NCBI RefSeq assembly: GCF_018977255.1
Contig: NW_024704743.1
Span: 97,838,001-97,902,000 of the forward strand
DNA length: 64,000 nucleotides
Direction of reading: 5' to 3'
Source of the DNA: Callorhinchus milii
Taxonomy: Eukaryota
Part shown: positions 63,870 through 64,000 of the stretch, piece after piece
Layout of the letters: the number at the start of each line of letters is the position of its first letter
Numbering within the stretch: position 1 is the stretch's first letter
Notes under the pieces: model-generated
Seen by the model: the letters and a program-made list of their open reading frames with translations, nothing else
The model's database searches: none
What the model was told of the DNA's origin: nothing
Program-made: the position numbers and the translations under genes

Positions 63870-63928
63870 ATTAACACCTGTGTCAATGTTATTAACACCA
63901 GTGTCGACATCATTAATACCAGTGTTAA
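63870..63928. repeat. 21-bp minisatellite, about 3 units
   Basis: ATTAACACCTGTGTCAATGTT / ATTAACACCAGTGTCGACATC / ATTAATACCAGTGTTAA. Confidence 0.85.
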
Positions 63929-64000
63929 GTATCGCATAACATACCCACAGGTTTGTGGGTCCTCAGTTATTTTCCCCTGATGTTGCATTTTCTTAATTGG

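Noticed and set aside
1..64000. CRISPR array, operon or prokaryotic defence system
   Set aside because: No regularly spaced repeats with unique spacers and no gene-dense ORFs; content is typical vertebrate non-coding DNA

Overview
This is eukaryotic, AT-rich, repeat-dense genomic DNA. I can support no intact host protein-coding gene, rRNA, true tRNA gene or CRISPR array; it looks like a large intron or gene desert. The repeat landscape points to a cartilaginous fish, possibly a chimaera such as the elephant shark (inference). It contains: (1) about 15 copies of a young tRNA(Ala)-like-headed SINE in long and short forms, ending ATCAAATGCAAGG(ATT)n; (2) many older Deu-domain (SacSINE1/AmnSINE1-like) SINEs sharing the same 3' body and tail; (3) 5'-truncated L2 LINE relics with recognisable RT motifs, plus many isolated L2 tails; (4) CR1 LINE relics; (5) an unclassified ~550 bp repeat with recurrent ends, at least 8 copies; (6) an AT-rich foldback/MITE-like family; (7) local duplications and hairpins; (8) TE-free blocks rich in homeodomain/TALE motifs that look like conserved non-coding enhancers. 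The best-supported observations are a LINE/SINE 3' hairpin with a compensatory base-pair change, the modular structure of the SINE, several nested insertions giving an age order, and a 113-bp direct repeat bracketing a TGACAG cluster. Nearly all ORFs in the track are TE-derived or noise. Family names come from memory of consensus sequences and need database confirmation; boundaries of old repeats are approximate.
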